Origin: Ranitomeya imitator
Taxonomy: Eukaryota
Length of the DNA: 64,000 bases
Assembly (NCBI RefSeq): GCF_032444005.1
Contig: NC_091284.1
Location: forward strand, 19,344,001-19,408,000
Direction: 5' to 3'
Shown here piece after piece: positions 18,875-33,800 of the stretch. The notes beneath the pieces are model-generated. The model worked only from the letters and a program-made list of their open reading frames with translations, searched no databases and was not told the origin of the DNA. The position numbers and the translations under genes are program-made. How positions within the stretch are numbered: position 1 is the first letter of the stretch; every line of letters starts with the position of its first letter.

Positions 18875-21800
18875 AAAGAGGTAAGGGGGCAACTAACACC
18901 TCCAAAGCTAAAGGTAAGGGGGCGACTACCACCTCCAAAGCTAAAGGTAAGGGGGCAACTAACACCTCCAAAGCTAAAGGTAAGGGGGCAACTAACACCT
19001 CCAAAGCAAATGGTAAGGGGGCGACTAACACCTCCAAAGCTAAAGGTAAGGGGCAACTAACACCTCCAAAGCAAATGGTAAGGGGGCGACTAACACCTCC
19101 AAAGCTAAAGGTAAGGGGGCGACTAACACCTCCAAAGCTAAAGGTAAGGGGGCGACTAACACCTCCAAAGCTAAAGGTGAGGGGGCGACTAACACCTCCA
19201 AAGCTAAAGGTGAGGGGGCAACCAACACCTCCAAAGCTAAAGGTAAGGGGCAACTAACACCTCCAAAGCTAAAGGTAAGGGGGCGACTAACACCTCCAAA
19301 GCTAAAGGTAAGGGGGCAACTAACACCTCCAAAGCAAATGGTAAGGGGGCGACTAACACCTCCAAAGCAAATGGTAAGGGGGCGACTAACACCTCCAAAG
19401 CTAAAGGTAAGGGGGCGACTAACACCTCCAAAGCTAAAGGTAAGGGGCAACTAACACCTCCAAAGCTAAAGGTAAGGGGGCAACTAACACCTCCAAAGCA
19501 AATGGTAAGGGGGCGACTAACACCTCCAAAGCTAAAGGTAAGGGGGCAACTAACACCTCCAAAGCAAATGGTAAGGGGGCGACTAACACCTCCAAAGCTA
19601 AAGGTAAGGGGGCGACTAACACCTCCAAAGCTAAAGGTAAGGGGGCGACTAACACCTCCAAAGCTAAAGGTAAGGGGGCGACTAACACCTCCAAAGCTAA
19701 AGGTAAGGGGGCGACTAACACCTCCAAAGCTAAAGGTAAGGGGGCGACTAACACCTCCAAAGTAAAAGGTGAGGGGGCAACTAACACCTCCAAAGCTAAA
19801 GGTAAGGGGGCAACTAACACCTCCAAAGCTAAAGGTAAGGGGGCAACTAACACCTCCAAAGCAAATGGTAAGGGGGCGACTAACACCTCCAAAGCTAAAG
19901 GTAAGGGGGCAACTAACACCTCCAAAGCTAAAGGTAAGGGGCGACTACCACCTCCAAAGCTAAAGGTAAGGGGGCGACTAACACCTCCAAAGCTAAAGGT
20001 AAGGGGGCGACTAACACCTCCAAAGCTAAAGGTAAGGGGGCGACTAACACCTCCAAAGCTAAAGGTAAGGGGGCGACTACCACCTCCAAAGCTAAAGGTA
20101 AGGGGGCGACTAACACCTCCAAAGCTAAAGGTAAGGGGGCGACTAACACCTCCAAAGCTAAAGGTAAGGGGGCGACTAACACCTCCAAAGTAAAAGGTGA
20201 GGGGGCAACTAACACCTCCAAAGCTAAAGGTAAGGGGGCAACTAACACCTCCAAAGCTAAAGGTAAGGGGGCGACTAACACCTTCAAAGCTAAAGGTAAG
20301 GGGCAACTAACACCTCCAAAGCTAAAGGTAAGGGGCAACTAACACCTCCAAAGCTAAAGGTAACAGGCGACTACCACCTCCAAAGCTAAAGGTAAGGGGC
20401 AACTAACACCTCCAAAGCTAAAGGTAAGGGGCAACTAACACCTCCAAAGCTAAAGGTAAGGGGGCAACTAACACCTCCAAAGCAAAAGGTAAGGGGCGAC
20501 TACCACCTCCAAATCTAAAGGTAAGGGGCGACTACCACCTCCAAAGCTAAAGGTAAGGGGGCGACTAACATCTCCAAAGCTAAAGGTAAGGGGGCGACTA
20601 ACACCTCCAAAGCTAAAGGTAAGGGGGCGACTACCACCTCCAAAGCTAAAGGTAAGGGGCAACTAACACCTCCAAAGCAAAAGGTAAGGGGGCGACTAAC
20701 ACCTCCAAATCTAAAGGTAAGGGGCAACTAACACCTCCAAAGCAAAAGGTAAGGGGCGACTACCACCTCCAAATCTAAAGGTAAGGGGCGACTACCACCT
20801 CCAAAGCTAAAGGTAAGGGGGGCGACTAACACCTCCAAAGCTAAAGGTAAGGGGGCGACTACCACCTCCAAAGCAAAAGGTAAGGGGGGCGACTAACACC
20901 TCCAAAGCTAAAGGTAAGGGGGCGACTACCACCTCCAAAGCAAAAGGTAAGGGGCGACTACCACCTCCAAATCTAAAGGTAAGGGGCGACTACCACCTCC
21001 AAAGCTAAAGGTAAGGGGGCGACTAACACCTTCAAAGCTAAAGGTAAGGGGGCAACTAACACCTCCAAAGCTAAAGGTAAGGGGGCAACTAACACCTCCA
21101 AAGCTAAAGGTAAGGGGGCGACTACCACCTCCAAAGCAAATGGTAAGGGGGCGACTACCACCTCCAAAGCTAAAGGTAAGGGGGCGACTAACACCTCCAA
21201 AGCAAATGGTAAGGGGGCGACTACCACCTCCAAAGCTAAAGGTAAGAGGCGACTACCACCTCCAAAGCTAAAGGTAAGGGGCAACTAACACCTCCAAAGC
21301 TAAAGGTAAGGGGCGACTACCACCTCCGAAGCAAAAGGTAAGGGGCGACTACCACCTCCAAAGCTAAAGGTAAGGGGCAACTAACACCTCCAAAGCTAAA
21401 GGTAAGGGGCAACTAACACCTCCAAAGCTAAAGGTAAGGGGCAACTAACAACTCCAAAGCTAAAGGTAAGGGGCGACTACCACCTCCGAAGCAAAAGGTA
21501 AGGGGCGACTACCACCTCCAAAGTAAAAGGTAAGGGGGCGACTAACACCTCCAAAGCTAAAGGTAAGGGGGCGACTACCACCTCCAAAGCTAAAGGTAAG
21601 GGGGCGACTACCACCTCCGAAGCAAAAGGTACGGGGCGACTACCACCTCCGAAGCAAAAGGTAAGGGGGCGACTACGACCTCCAAAGCAAAAGGTAAGGG
21701 GCAACTACCACCTCCAAAGCAAAAGGTAAGGGGGCGACTACCACCTCCGAAGCAAAAGGTACGGGGCGACTACGACCTCCAAAGCAAAAGGTACGGGGCG

Positions 21801-24800
21801 ACTACGTCCTCCAAAGCAAAAGGTAAGGGGCGACTACCACCTCCAAAGCAAAAGGTAAGGGGCGACTACCACCTCCAAAGCAAAAGGTACGGGGCGACTA
21901 CCACCTCCAAAGCAAAAGGTAAGGGGCGACTAACACCTCCAAAGCTAAAGGTAAGGGGGCGACTACCACCTCCAAAGCTAAAGGTAAGGGGGCGACTACC
22001 ACCTCCGAAGCAAAAGGTACGGGGCGACTACCACCTCCGAAGCAAAAGGTAAGGGGGCGACTACGACCTCCAAAGCAAAAGGTAAGGGGCAACTACCACC
22101 TCCAAAGCAAAAGGTAAGGGGGCGACTACCACCTCCGAAGCAAAAGGTACGGGGCGACTACGACCTCCAAAGCAAAAGGTACGGGGCGACTACGTCCTCC
22201 AAAGCAAAAGGTAAGGGGCGACTACCACCTCCGAAGCAAAAGGTAAGGGGCGACTACCACCTCCAAAGCAAAAGGAACGGGGCGACTACCACCTCCAAAG
22301 CAAAAGGTAAGGGGCGACTACCACCTCCGAAGCAAAAGGTAAGGGGCGACTACCACCTCCAAAGTAAAAGGTAAGGGGCGACTAACACCTCCAAAGCTAA
22401 AGGTAAGGGGGCGACTACCACCTCCAAAGCAAATGGTAAGGGGGCGACTACCACCTCCAAAGCTAAAGGTAAGGGGGCGACTAACACCTCCAAAGCAAAT
22501 GGTAAGGGGGCGACTACCACCTCCAAAGCTAAAGGTAAGAGGCGACTACCACCTCCAAAGCTAAAGGTAAGGGGCAACTAACACCTCCAAAGCTAAAGGT
22601 AAGGGGCGACTACCACCTCCGAAGCAAAAGGTAAGGGGCGACTACCACCTCCAAAGCTAAAGGTAAGGGGCAACTAACACCTCCAAAGCTAAAGGTAAGG
22701 GGCAACTAACACCTCCAAAGCTAAAGGTAAGGGGCAACTAACAACTCCAAAGCTAAAGGTAAGGGGCGACTACCACCTCCGAAGCAAAAGGTAAGGGGCG
22801 ACTACCACCTCCAAAGTAAAAGGTAAGGGGGCGACTAACACCTCCAAAGCTAAAGGTAAGGGGGCGACTACCACCTCCAAAGCTAAAGGTAAGGGGGCGA
22901 CTACCACCTCCGAAGCAAAAGGTACGGGGCGACTACCACCTCCGAAGCAAAAGGTAAGGGGGCGACTACGACCTCCAAAGCAAAAGGTAAGGGGCAACTA
23001 CCACCTCCAAAGCAAAAGGTAAGGGGGCGACTACCACCTCCGAAGCAAAAGGTACGGGGCGACTACGACCTCCAAAGCAAAAGGTACGGGGCGACTACGT
23101 CCTCCAAAGCAAAAGGTAAGGGGCGACTACCACCTCCAAAGCAAAAGGTAAGGGGCGACTACCACCTCCAAAGCAAAAGGTACGGGGCGACTACCACCTC
23201 CAAAGCAAAAGGTAAGGGGCGACTAACACCTCCAAAGCTAAAGGTAAGGGGGCGACTACCACCTCCAAAGCTAAAGGTAAGGGGGCGACTACCACCTCCG
23301 AAGCAAAAGGTACGGGGCGACTACCACCTCCGAAGCAAAAGGTAAGGGGGCGACTACGACCTCCAAAGCAAAAGGTAAGGGGCAACTACCACCTCCAAAG
23401 CAAAAGGTAAGGGGGCGACTACCACCTCCGAAGCAAAAGGTACGGGGCGACTACGACCTCCAAAGCAAAAGGTACGGGGCGACTACGTCCTCCAAAGCAA
23501 AAGGTAAGGGGCGACTACCACCTCCGAAGCAAAAGGTAAGGGGCGACTACCACCTCCAAAGCAAAAGGTACGGGGCGACTACCACCTCCAAAGCAAAAGG
23601 TAAGGGGCGACTACCACCTCCGAAGCAAAAGGTAAGGGGCGACTACCACCTCCAAAGTAAAAGGTAAGGGGCGACTACCACCTCCGAAGCAAAAGGTAAG
23701 GGGCGACTATGACCTCCAAAGCAAAAGGTAATGGGCGACTACCACCTCCAAAGCAAAATGTAAGGGGCGACTACCACCTCCGAAGCAAAAGGTACGGGAC
23801 GACTACCACCTCCAAAGCAAAAGGTAAGGGGCGACTACCACCTCCAAAGTAAAAGGTAAAGGGCGACTACCACCTCCAAAGTAAAAGGTAAGGGGCGACT
23901 AACACCTCCAAAGCTAAAGGTAAGGGGCGACTACCACCTCCAAAGTAAAAGGTAAGGGGCACTACCACCTCCGAAGCAAAAGGTAAGGGGCGACTACCAC
24001 CTCCAAAGTAAAAGGTAAGGGGGCGACTACCACCTCCAAAGCTAAAGGTAAGGGGCGACTACCACCTCCAAAGTAAAAGGTAAGGGGCACTACCACCTCC
24101 GAAGCAAAAGGTAAGGGGCGACTACCACCTCCAAAGTAAAAGGTAAGGGGGCGACTACCACCTCCGAAGCAAAAGGTAAGGGGCGACTACCACCTCCAAA
24201 GTAAAAGGTAAGGGGGCGACTACCACCTCCGAAGCAAAAGGTAAGGGGCGACTACCACCTCCAAAGCTAAAGGTAAGGGGGCAACTAACACCTCCAAAGC
24301 TAAAAGTAAGGGACGACTATCACCTCCAAAGCTAAAGGTAAGGGGGCGACTAACACCTCCAAAGCTAAAGGTAAGGGGGCGACTACCACCTCCAAAGCTA
24401 AAGGTAAGGGGGCGACTACCACCTCCAAAGCTAAAGGTAAGGGGGCGACTATCACCTCCAAAGCTAAAGGTAAGGGGGCGACTAACACCTCCAAAGCTAA
24501 AGGTAAGGGGCGACTAACACCTCCAAAGCTAAAGGTAAGGGGGCGACTAACACCTCCAAAGCAAAAGGTGAGGGGGCGACTACCACCCCCAAGGCAAAAG
24601 GTGAGGGGGCGACTACCACCTCCAAAGCTAAAGGTAAGGGGCGACTAACACCTCCAAAGCTAAAGGTAAGGGGCGACTACCACCTCCGAAGCAAAAGGTA
24701 AGGGGCGACTACCACCTCCAAAGCAAAAGGTGAGGGGGCGACTAACACCTCCAAAGCTAAAGGTAAGAGGCGACTACCACCTCCAAAGCTAAAGGTAAGG

Positions 24801-27800
24801 GGCAAGTAACACCTCCAAAGCTAAAGGTAAGGGGCAACTAACACCTCCAAAGCTAAAGGTAAGGGGCGACTACCACCTCCAAAGCTAAAGGTAAGGGGCG
24901 ACTAACACCTCCGAAGCAAAAGGTGAGGGGGCGACTACCACCTCCAAAGCTAAAGGTAAGGGGCGACTACCACCTCCAAAGTAAAAGGTAAGGGGGCGAC
25001 TACCACCTCCAAAGCTAAAGGTAAGGGGGCGACTACCACCTCCAAAGCTAAAGGTAAGGGGGCGACTACCACCTCCGAAGCAAAAGGTACGGGGCGACTA
25101 CCACCTCCGAAGCAAAAGGTAAGGGGGCGACTACGACCTCCAAAGCAAAAGGTAAGGGGCGACTACCACCTCCAAAGCAAAAGGTACGGGGCGACTACGT
25201 CCTCCAAAGCAAAAGGTAAGGGGCGACTACCACCTCCAAAGCTAAAGGTAAGGGGGCAACTAACACCTCCAAAGCTAAAAGTAAGGGACGACTATCACCT
25301 CCAAAGCTAAAGGTAAGGGGGCGACTAACACCTCCAAAGCTAAAGGTAAGGGGGCGACTACCACCTCCAAAGCTAAAGGTAAGGGGGCGACTACCACCTC
25401 CAAAGCTAAAGGTAAGGGGGCGACTATCACCTCCAAAGCTAAAGGTAAGGGGGCGACTAACACCTCCAAAGCTAAAGGTAAGGGGCGACTAACACCTCCA
25501 AAGCTAAAGGTAAGGGGCAACTAACACCTCCAAAGCTAAAGGTAAGGGGCGACTACCACCTCCGAAGCAAAAGGTAAGGGGCGACTACCACCTCCAAAGC
25601 AAAAGGTGAGGGGGCGACTAACACCTCCAAAGCTAAAGGTAAGAGGCGACTACCACCTCCAAAGCTAAAGGTAAGGGGCAAGTAACACCTCCAAAGCTAA
25701 AGGTAAGGGGCAACTAACACCTCCAAAGCTAAAGGTAAGGGGCGACTACCACCTCCAAAGCTAAAGGTAAGGGGCGACTAACACCTCCGAAGCAAAAGGT
25801 GAGGGGGCGACTACCACCTCCAAAGCTAAAGGTAAGGGGCGACTACCACCTCCAAAGTAAAAGGTAAGGGGGCGACTAACACCTCCAAAGCTAAAGGTAA
25901 GGGGGTGACTACCACCTCCAAAGCTAAAGGTAAGGGGGCGACTACCACCTCCGAAGCAAAAGGTACGGGGCGACTACCACCTCCGAAGCAAAAGGTAAGG
26001 GGGCGACTACGACCTCCAAAGCAAAAGGTAAGGGGCGACTACCACCTCCGAAGCAAAAGGTACGGGGCGACTACCACCTCCAAAGCAAAAGGTACGGGGC
26101 GACTACGTCCTCCAAAGCAAAAGGTAAGGGGCGACTACCACCTCCAAAGCAAAAGGTACGGGGCGACTACGACCTCCAAAGCAAAAGGTACGGGGCGACT
26201 ACGTCCTCCAAAGCAAAAGGTAAGGGGCGACTACCACCTCCAAAGCAAAAGGTAAGGGGCGACTACCACCTCCGAAGCAAAAGGTAAGGGGCGACTACCA
26301 CCTCCAAAGCAAAAGGTACGGGGCGACTACCACCTCCGAAGCAAAAGGTAAGGGGCGACTACCACCTCCAAAGCAAAAGGTAAGGGGGCGACTAACACCT
26401 CCAAAGCAAAAGGTACGGGGCGACTACCACCTCCAAAGCAAAAGGTAAGGGGGCGACTAACACCTCCAAAGCAAAAGGTAAGGGGCGACTATGACCTCCA
26501 AAGCAAAAGGTAAGGGGCGACTACCACCTCCAAAGCAAAAGGTACGGGGCGACTACCACCTCCAAAGCAAAAGGTACGGGGCGACTACGACCTCCAAAGC
26601 AAAAGGTAAGGGGCGACTACCACCTCCAAAGCAAAAGGTAAGGGGCGACTACCACCTCCAAAGCAAAAGGTAAGGGGCGACTACCACCTCCAAAGCAAAA
26701 GGTAAGGGGCGACTACCACCTCCAAAGCAAAAGGTAAGGGGCGACTACGACCTCCGAAGCAAAAGGTAAGGGGCGACTACCACCTCCAAAGAAATAGGTG
26801 AGGGGGCGACTAACACCTCCAAAGTAAAAGGTAAGGGGCGACTACCACCTCCAAAGTAAAAGGTAAGGGGCGACTATCACCTCCGAAGCAAAAGGTAAGG
26901 GGCGACTACCACCTCCGAAGCAAAAGGTAAGGGGGGCGACTACCACCTCCGAAGCAAAAGGTAAGGGGCGACTACCACCTCCGAAGCAAAAGGTAAGGGG
27001 CGACTACCACCTCCAAAGTAAAAGGTAAGGGGCGACTACCACCTCCGAAGCAAAAGGTAAGGGGCGACTACCACCTCCAAAGCAAAAGGTACGGGGCGAC
27101 TATGACCTCCAAAGCAAAATGTAATGGGCGACTACCACCTCCAAAGCAAAAGGTAAGGGGCGACTACCACCTCCGAAGCAAAAGGTATGGGACGACTACC
27201 ACCTCCGAAGCAAAAGGTAAGGGGCGACTACCACCTCCAAAGCAAAAGGTAAGGGGCGACTACCACCTCCAAAGTAAAAGGTAAGGGGCGACTACCACCT
27301 CCAAAGTAAAAGGTAAGGGGCGACTAACACCTCCAAAGCTAAAGGTAAGGGGCGACTACCACCTCCAAAGTAAAAGGTAAGGGGCGACTACCACCTCCGA
27401 AGCAAAAGGTAAGGGGCGACTACCACCTCCGAAGCTAAAGGTAAGGGGGCAACTAACACCTCCAAAGCTAAAAGTAAGGGACGACTATCACCTCCAAAGC
27501 TAAAGGTAAGGGGGCGACTAACACCTCCAAAGCTAAAGGTAAGGGGGCGACTACCACCTCCAAAGCTAAAGGTAAGGGGGCGACTACCACCTCCAAAGCT
27601 AAAGGTAAGGGGGCGACTAACACCTCCAAAGCTAAAGGTAAGGGGCGACTACCACCTCCAAAGCTAAAGGTAAGGGGGCAACTAACACCTCCAAAGCAAA
27701 AGGTGAGGGGGCGACTACCACCTCCAAAGCTAAAGGTAAGGGGGCGACTAACACCTCCAAAGTTAAAGGTAAGAGGCGACTACCACCTCCAAAGCTAAAG

Positions 27801-30800
27801 GTAAGGGGCGACTAACACCTCCAAAGCTAAAGGTAAGGGGCGACTACCACCTCCGAAGCAAAAGGTAAGGGGCGACTACCACCTCCAAAGCAAAAGGTGA
27901 GGGGGCGACTACCACCTCCAAAGCTAAAGGTAAGAGGCGACTACCACCTCCAAAGCTAAAGGTAAGGGGGCAACTAACACCTCCAAAGCTAAAGGTAAGG
28001 GGGCGACTACCACCTCCAAAGCTAAAGGTAAGGGGCGACTACCACCTCCGAAGCAAAAGGTGAGGGGGCGACTACCACCTCCAAAGCTAAAGGTAAGGGG
28101 CGACTACCACCTCCAAAGTAAAAGGTAAGGGGGCGACTAACACCTCCAAAGCTAAAGGTAAGGGGGCGACTACCACCTCCAAAGCTAAAGGTAAGGGGGC
28201 GACTACCACCTCCGAAGCAAAAGGTAAGGGGGCGACTACGACCTCCAAAGCAAAAGGTAAGGGGCGACTACCACCTCCGAAGCAAAAGGTACGGGGCGAC
28301 TACGACCTCCAAAGCAAAAGGTACGGGGCGACTACGTCCTCCAAAGCAAAAGGTAAGGGGCGACTACCACCTCCAAAGCAAAAGGTAAGGGGCGACTACC
28401 ACCTCCGAAGCAAAAGGTAAGGGGCGACTACCACCTCCAAAGCAAAAGGTACGGGGCGACTACCACCTCCAAAGCAAAAGGTAAGGGGCGACTACCACCT
28501 CCGAAGCAAAAGGTAAGGGGCGACTAACACCTCCAAAGCAAAAGGTAAGGGGCGACTACCACCTCCGAAGCAAAAGGTAAGGGGCGACTACCACCTCCAA
28601 AGCAAAAGGTAAGGGGCGACTACCACCTCCGAAGCAAAAGGTAAGGGGCGACTACCACCTCCAAAGCAAAAGGTAAGGGGCGACTACCAGCTCCAAAGCA
28701 AAAGGTACGGGGCGACTACCACCTCCAAAGCAAAAGGTACGGGGCGACTACGACCTCCAAAGCAAAAGGTAAGGGGCGACTACCACCTCCAAAGCAAAAG
28801 GTACGGGGCGACTACCACCTCCAAAGCAAAAGGTATGGGGCGACTACGACCTCCGAAGCAAAAGGTAAGGGGCGACTACCACCTCCAAAGAAATAGGTGA
28901 GGGGGCGACTAACACCTCCAAAGTAAAAGGTAAGTGGGCGACTACCACCTCCAAAGTAAAAGGTAAGGGGCGACTATCACCTCCGAAGCAAAAGGTAAGG
29001 GGCGACTACCACCTCCAAAGCAAAAGGTAAGGGGGGCGACTACCACCTCCGAAGCAAAAGGTAAGGGGCGACTACCACCTCCAAAGCAAAAGGTAAGGGG
29101 CGACTACCAGCTCCAAAGCAAAAGGTACGGGGCGACTACCACCTCCATAGCAAAAGGTACGGGGCGACTACGTCCTCCGAAGCAAAAGGTAAGGGGCGAC
29201 TACCACCTCCAAAGCAAAAGGTACGGGGCGACTACCACCTCCAAAGCAAAAGGTATGGGGCGACTACGACCTCCGAAGCAAAAGGTAAGGGGCGACTACC
29301 ACCTCCAAAGCAAAAGGTACGGGGCGACTACCACCTCCAAAGCAAAAGGTAATGGGCGACTACCACCTCCGAAGCAAAAGGTAAGGGGGGCGACTACCAC
29401 CTCCGAAGCAAAAGGTAAGGGGCGACTACCACCTCCAAAGCAAAAGGTACGGGGCGACTACGACCTCCAAAGCAAAAGGTAATGGGCGACTACCACCTCC
29501 AAAGCAAAAGGTACGGGGCGACTACCACCTCCAAAGCAAAAGGTATGGGGCGACTACGACCTCCGTAGCAAAAGGTAAGAGGCGACTACCACCTCCAAAG
29601 CAAAAGGTACGGGGCGACTACCACCTCCAAAGCAAAAGGTAATGGGCGACTACCACCTCCAAAGCAAAAGGTATGGGGCGACTACGACCTCCGAAGCAAA
29701 AGGTAAGAGGCGACTACCACCTCCAAAGCAAAAGGTACGGGGCGACTACCACCTCCAAAGCAAAAGGTATGGGGCGACTACGACCTCCGAAGCAAAAGGT
29801 AAGGGGGCGACTACCACCTCCAAAGCAAAAGGTACGGGGCGACTACCACCTCCAAAGCAAAAGGTAATGGGCGACTACCACCTCCGAAGCAAAAGGTAAG
29901 GGGGGCGACTACCACCTCCGAAGCAAAAGGTAAGGGGCGACTACCACCTCCAAAGCAAAAGGTAGGGGGGGACTACGACCTCCAAAGCAAAAGGTAATGG
30001 GACGACTACCACCTCCGAAGCAAAAGGTACGGGACGACTACCACCTCCGAAGCAAAAGGTACGGGACGACTACCACCTCCGAAGCAAAAGGTAAGGGGCG
30101 ACTACCACCTCCGAAGCAAAAGGTAAGGGGGGCGACTACCACCTCCGAAGCAAAAGGTAAGGGGCGACTACCACCTCCAAAGCAAAAGGTACGGGGCGAC
30201 TACGACCTCCAAAGCAAAAGGTAATGGGCGACTACCACCTCCGAAGCAAAAGGTACGGGACGACTACCACCTCCGAAGCAAAAGGTACGGGACGACTACC
30301 ACCTCCGAAGCAAAAGGTACGGGACGACTACCACCTCCGAAGCAAAAGGTAAGGGGCGACTACCACCTCCAAAGCAAAAGGTAAGGGGCGACTATCACCT
30401 CCGAAGCAAAAGGTAAGGGGCGACTACCACCTCCGAAGCAAAAGGTAAGGGGCGACTACCACCTCCAAAGCAAAAGGTACAGGGCGACTACCACCTCCAA
30501 AGCAAAAGGTATGGGGCGACTACGACCTCCGAAGCAAAAGGTAAGGGGCGACTACCACCTCCAAAGAAATAGGTGAGGGGGCGACTAACACCTCCAAAGT
30601 AAAAGGTAAGGGGGCGACTACCACCTCCAAAGTAAAAGGTAAGGGGCGACTATCACCTCCGAAGCAAAAGGTAAGGGGCGACTACCACCTCCGAAGCAAA
30701 AGGTAAGGGGGGCGACTACCACCTCCGAAGCAAAAGGTAAGGGGCGACTACCACCTCCAAAGCAAAAGGTACGGGGCGACTACGACCTCCAAAGCTAAAG

Positions 30801-33800
30801 GTAATGGGCGACTACCACCTCCGAAGCAAAAGGTACGGGACGACTACCACCTCCGAAGCAAAAGGTACGGGACGACTACCACCTCCGAAGCAAAAGGTAA
30901 GGGGCGACTACCACCTCCAAAGCAAAAGGTAAGGGGCGACTAACACCTCCAAAGCAAAAGGTAAGGGGCGACTACCACCTCCGAAGCAAAAGGTAAGGGG
31001 CGACTACCACCTCCGAAGCAAAAGGTAAGGGGCGACTACCACCTCCAAAGCAAAAGGTACGGGGCAACTACGACCTCCAAAGCAAAAGGTACGGGGCGAC
31101 TACGACCTCCAAAGCAAAAGGTAAGGGGCGACTACCACCTCCAAAGCAAAAGGTACGGGGCGACTACCACCTCCAAAGCAAAAGGTAAGGGGGCGACTAC
31201 CACCTCCAAAGTAAAAGGTAAGGGGCGACTATCACCTCCGAAGCAAAAGGTAAGGGGCGACTACCACCTTCAAAGTAAAAGGTAAGGGGCGACTACCACC
31301 TCCAAAGTAAAAGGTAAGGGGCGACTACCACCTCCAAAGTAAAAGGTAAGGGGCGACTACCACCTCCAAAGTAAAAGGTAAGGGGCGACTACCACCTCCG
31401 AAGCAAAAGGTAAGGGGCGACTACCACCTCCGAAGCAAAAGGTAAGGGGCGACTACCACCTCCTAAGTAAAAGGTAAGGGGCGACTACCACCTTCAAAGT
31501 AAAAGGTAAGGGGCGACTACCACCTCCAAAGTAAAAGGTAAGGGGCGACTACCACCTCCAAAGTAAAAGGTAAGGGGCGACTACCACCTCCAAAGCAAAA
31601 GGTAAGGGGGGCGACTACCACCTCCAAAGCAAAAGGTACGGGGCGACTACCACCTCCAAAGCAAAAGGTATGGGGCGACGACGACCTCCGAAGCAAAAGG
31701 TAAAGGGCGACTACCACCTCCAAAGCAAAAGGTACGGGGCGACTACCACCTCCAAAGCAAAAGGTATGGGGCGACTACGACCTCCGAAGCAAAAGGTAAG
31801 GGGCGACTACCACCTCCAAAGAAATAGGTGAGGGGGCGACTAACACCTCCAAAGTAAAAGGTAAGTGGGCGACTACCACCTCCAAAGTAAAAGGTAAGGG
31901 GCGACTATCACCTCCGAAGCAAAAGGTAAGGGGCGACTACCACCTCCAAAGCAAAAGGTACGGGGCGACTACGACCTCCAAAGCAAAAGGTAATGGGCGA
32001 CTACCACCTCCGAAGCAAAAGGTACGGGACGACTACCACCTCCGAAGCAAAAGGTACGGGACGACTACCACCTCCGAAGCAAAAGGTACGGGACGACTAC
32101 CACCTCCGAAGCAAAAGGTAAGGGGCGACTACCACCTTCAAAGTAAAAGGTAAGGGGCGACTACCACCTCCAAAGTAAAAGGTAAGGGGCGACTACCACC
32201 TCCAAAGTAATAGGTAAGGGGCGACTACCACCTCCAAAGTAAAAGGTAAGGGGCGACTACCACCTCCAAAGTAAAAGCTAAGGGGGCGACTACCACCTCC
32301 AAAGCAAAAGGTAAGGGGCGACTACCACCTCCGAAGCAAAAGGTAAGGGGCGACTACCACCTCCTAAGTAAAAGGTAAGGGGCGACTACCACCTTCAAAG
32401 TAAAAGGTAAGGGGCGACTACCACCTCCAAAGTAAAAGGTAAGGGGCGACTACCACCTCCAAAGTAAAAGGTAAGGGGCGACTACCACCTCCAAAGCAAA
32501 AGGTAAGGGGGGCGACTACCACCTCCGAAGCAAAAGGTAAGGGGCGACTACCACCTCCAAAGCAAAAGGTACGGGGCGACTACCACCTCCAAAGCAAAAG
32601 GTATGGGGCGACGAAGACCTCCGAAGCAAAAGGTAAGGGGCGACTACCACCTCCAAAGCAAAAGGTACGGGGCGACTACCACCTCCAAAGCAAAAGGTAT
32701 GGGGCGACTACGACCTCCGAAGCAAAAGGTAAGGGGCGACTACCACCTCCAAAAAAATAGGTGAGGGGGCGACTAACACCTCCAAAGTAAAAGGTAAGTG
32801 GGCGACTACCACCTCCAAAGTAAAAGGTAAGGGGCGACTATCACCTCCGAAGCAAAAGGTAAGGGGCGACTACCACCTCCGAAGCAAAAGGTAAGGGGGG
32901 CGACTACCACCTCCGAAGCAAAAGGTAAGGGGCGACTACCACCTCCAAAGCAAAAGGTACGGGGCGACTACGACCTCCAAAGCAAAAGGTAATGGGCGAC
33001 TACCACCTCCGAAGCAAAAGGTACGGGACGACTACCACCTCCGAAGCAAAAGGTACGGGACGACTACCACCTCCGAAGCAAAAGGTAAGGGGCGACTACC
33101 ACCTCCAAAGCAAAAGGTAAGGGGCGACTATCACCTCCGAAGCAAAAGGTAAGGGGCGACTACCACCTCCGAAGCAAAAGGTAAGGGGCGACTACCACCT
33201 CCAAAGCAAAAGGTACGGGGCGACTACCACCTCCAAAGCAAAAGGTAAGGGGCGACTACCACCTCCAAAGCAAAAGGTAAGGGGCGACTATCACCTCCGA
33301 AGCAAAAGGTAAGGGGCGACTACCACCTCCGAAGCAAAAGGTAAGGGGCGACTACCACCTCCAAAGCAAAAGGTACGGGGCGACTACCACCTCCAAAGCA
33401 AAAGGTAAGGGGCGACTACCACCTCCAAAGCAAAAGGTAAGGGGCGACTACCACCTCCGAAGCAAAAGGTAAGGGGCGACTACCACCTCCAAAGCAAAAG
33501 GTACGGGGCGACTACCACCTCCAAAGCAAAAGGTACGGGGCGACTACGACCTCCAAAGCAAAAGGTAAGGGGCGACTACCACCTCCAAAGCAAAAGGTAC
33601 GGGGCGACTACCACCTCCAAAGCAAAAGGTATGGGGCGACTACGACCTCCGAAGCAAAAGGTAAGGGGCGACTACCACCTCCAAAGAAATAGGTGAGGGG
33701 GCGACTAACACCTCCAAAGTAAAAGGTAAGGGGCGACTAACACCTCCAAAGCAAAAGGTAAGGGGCGACTACCACCTCCGAAGCAAAAGGTAAGGGGCGA

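Noticed and set aside
18802-31723. Many ORFs (PLPLALEVLVA, PLTFSFGGVSR, KVRGRLTPPKL, GATNTSKAKGK repeats)
   Set aside because: Arise from runs of 33-bp units and are broken wherever 32-bp units occur; G-run length is clearly not frame-constrained.
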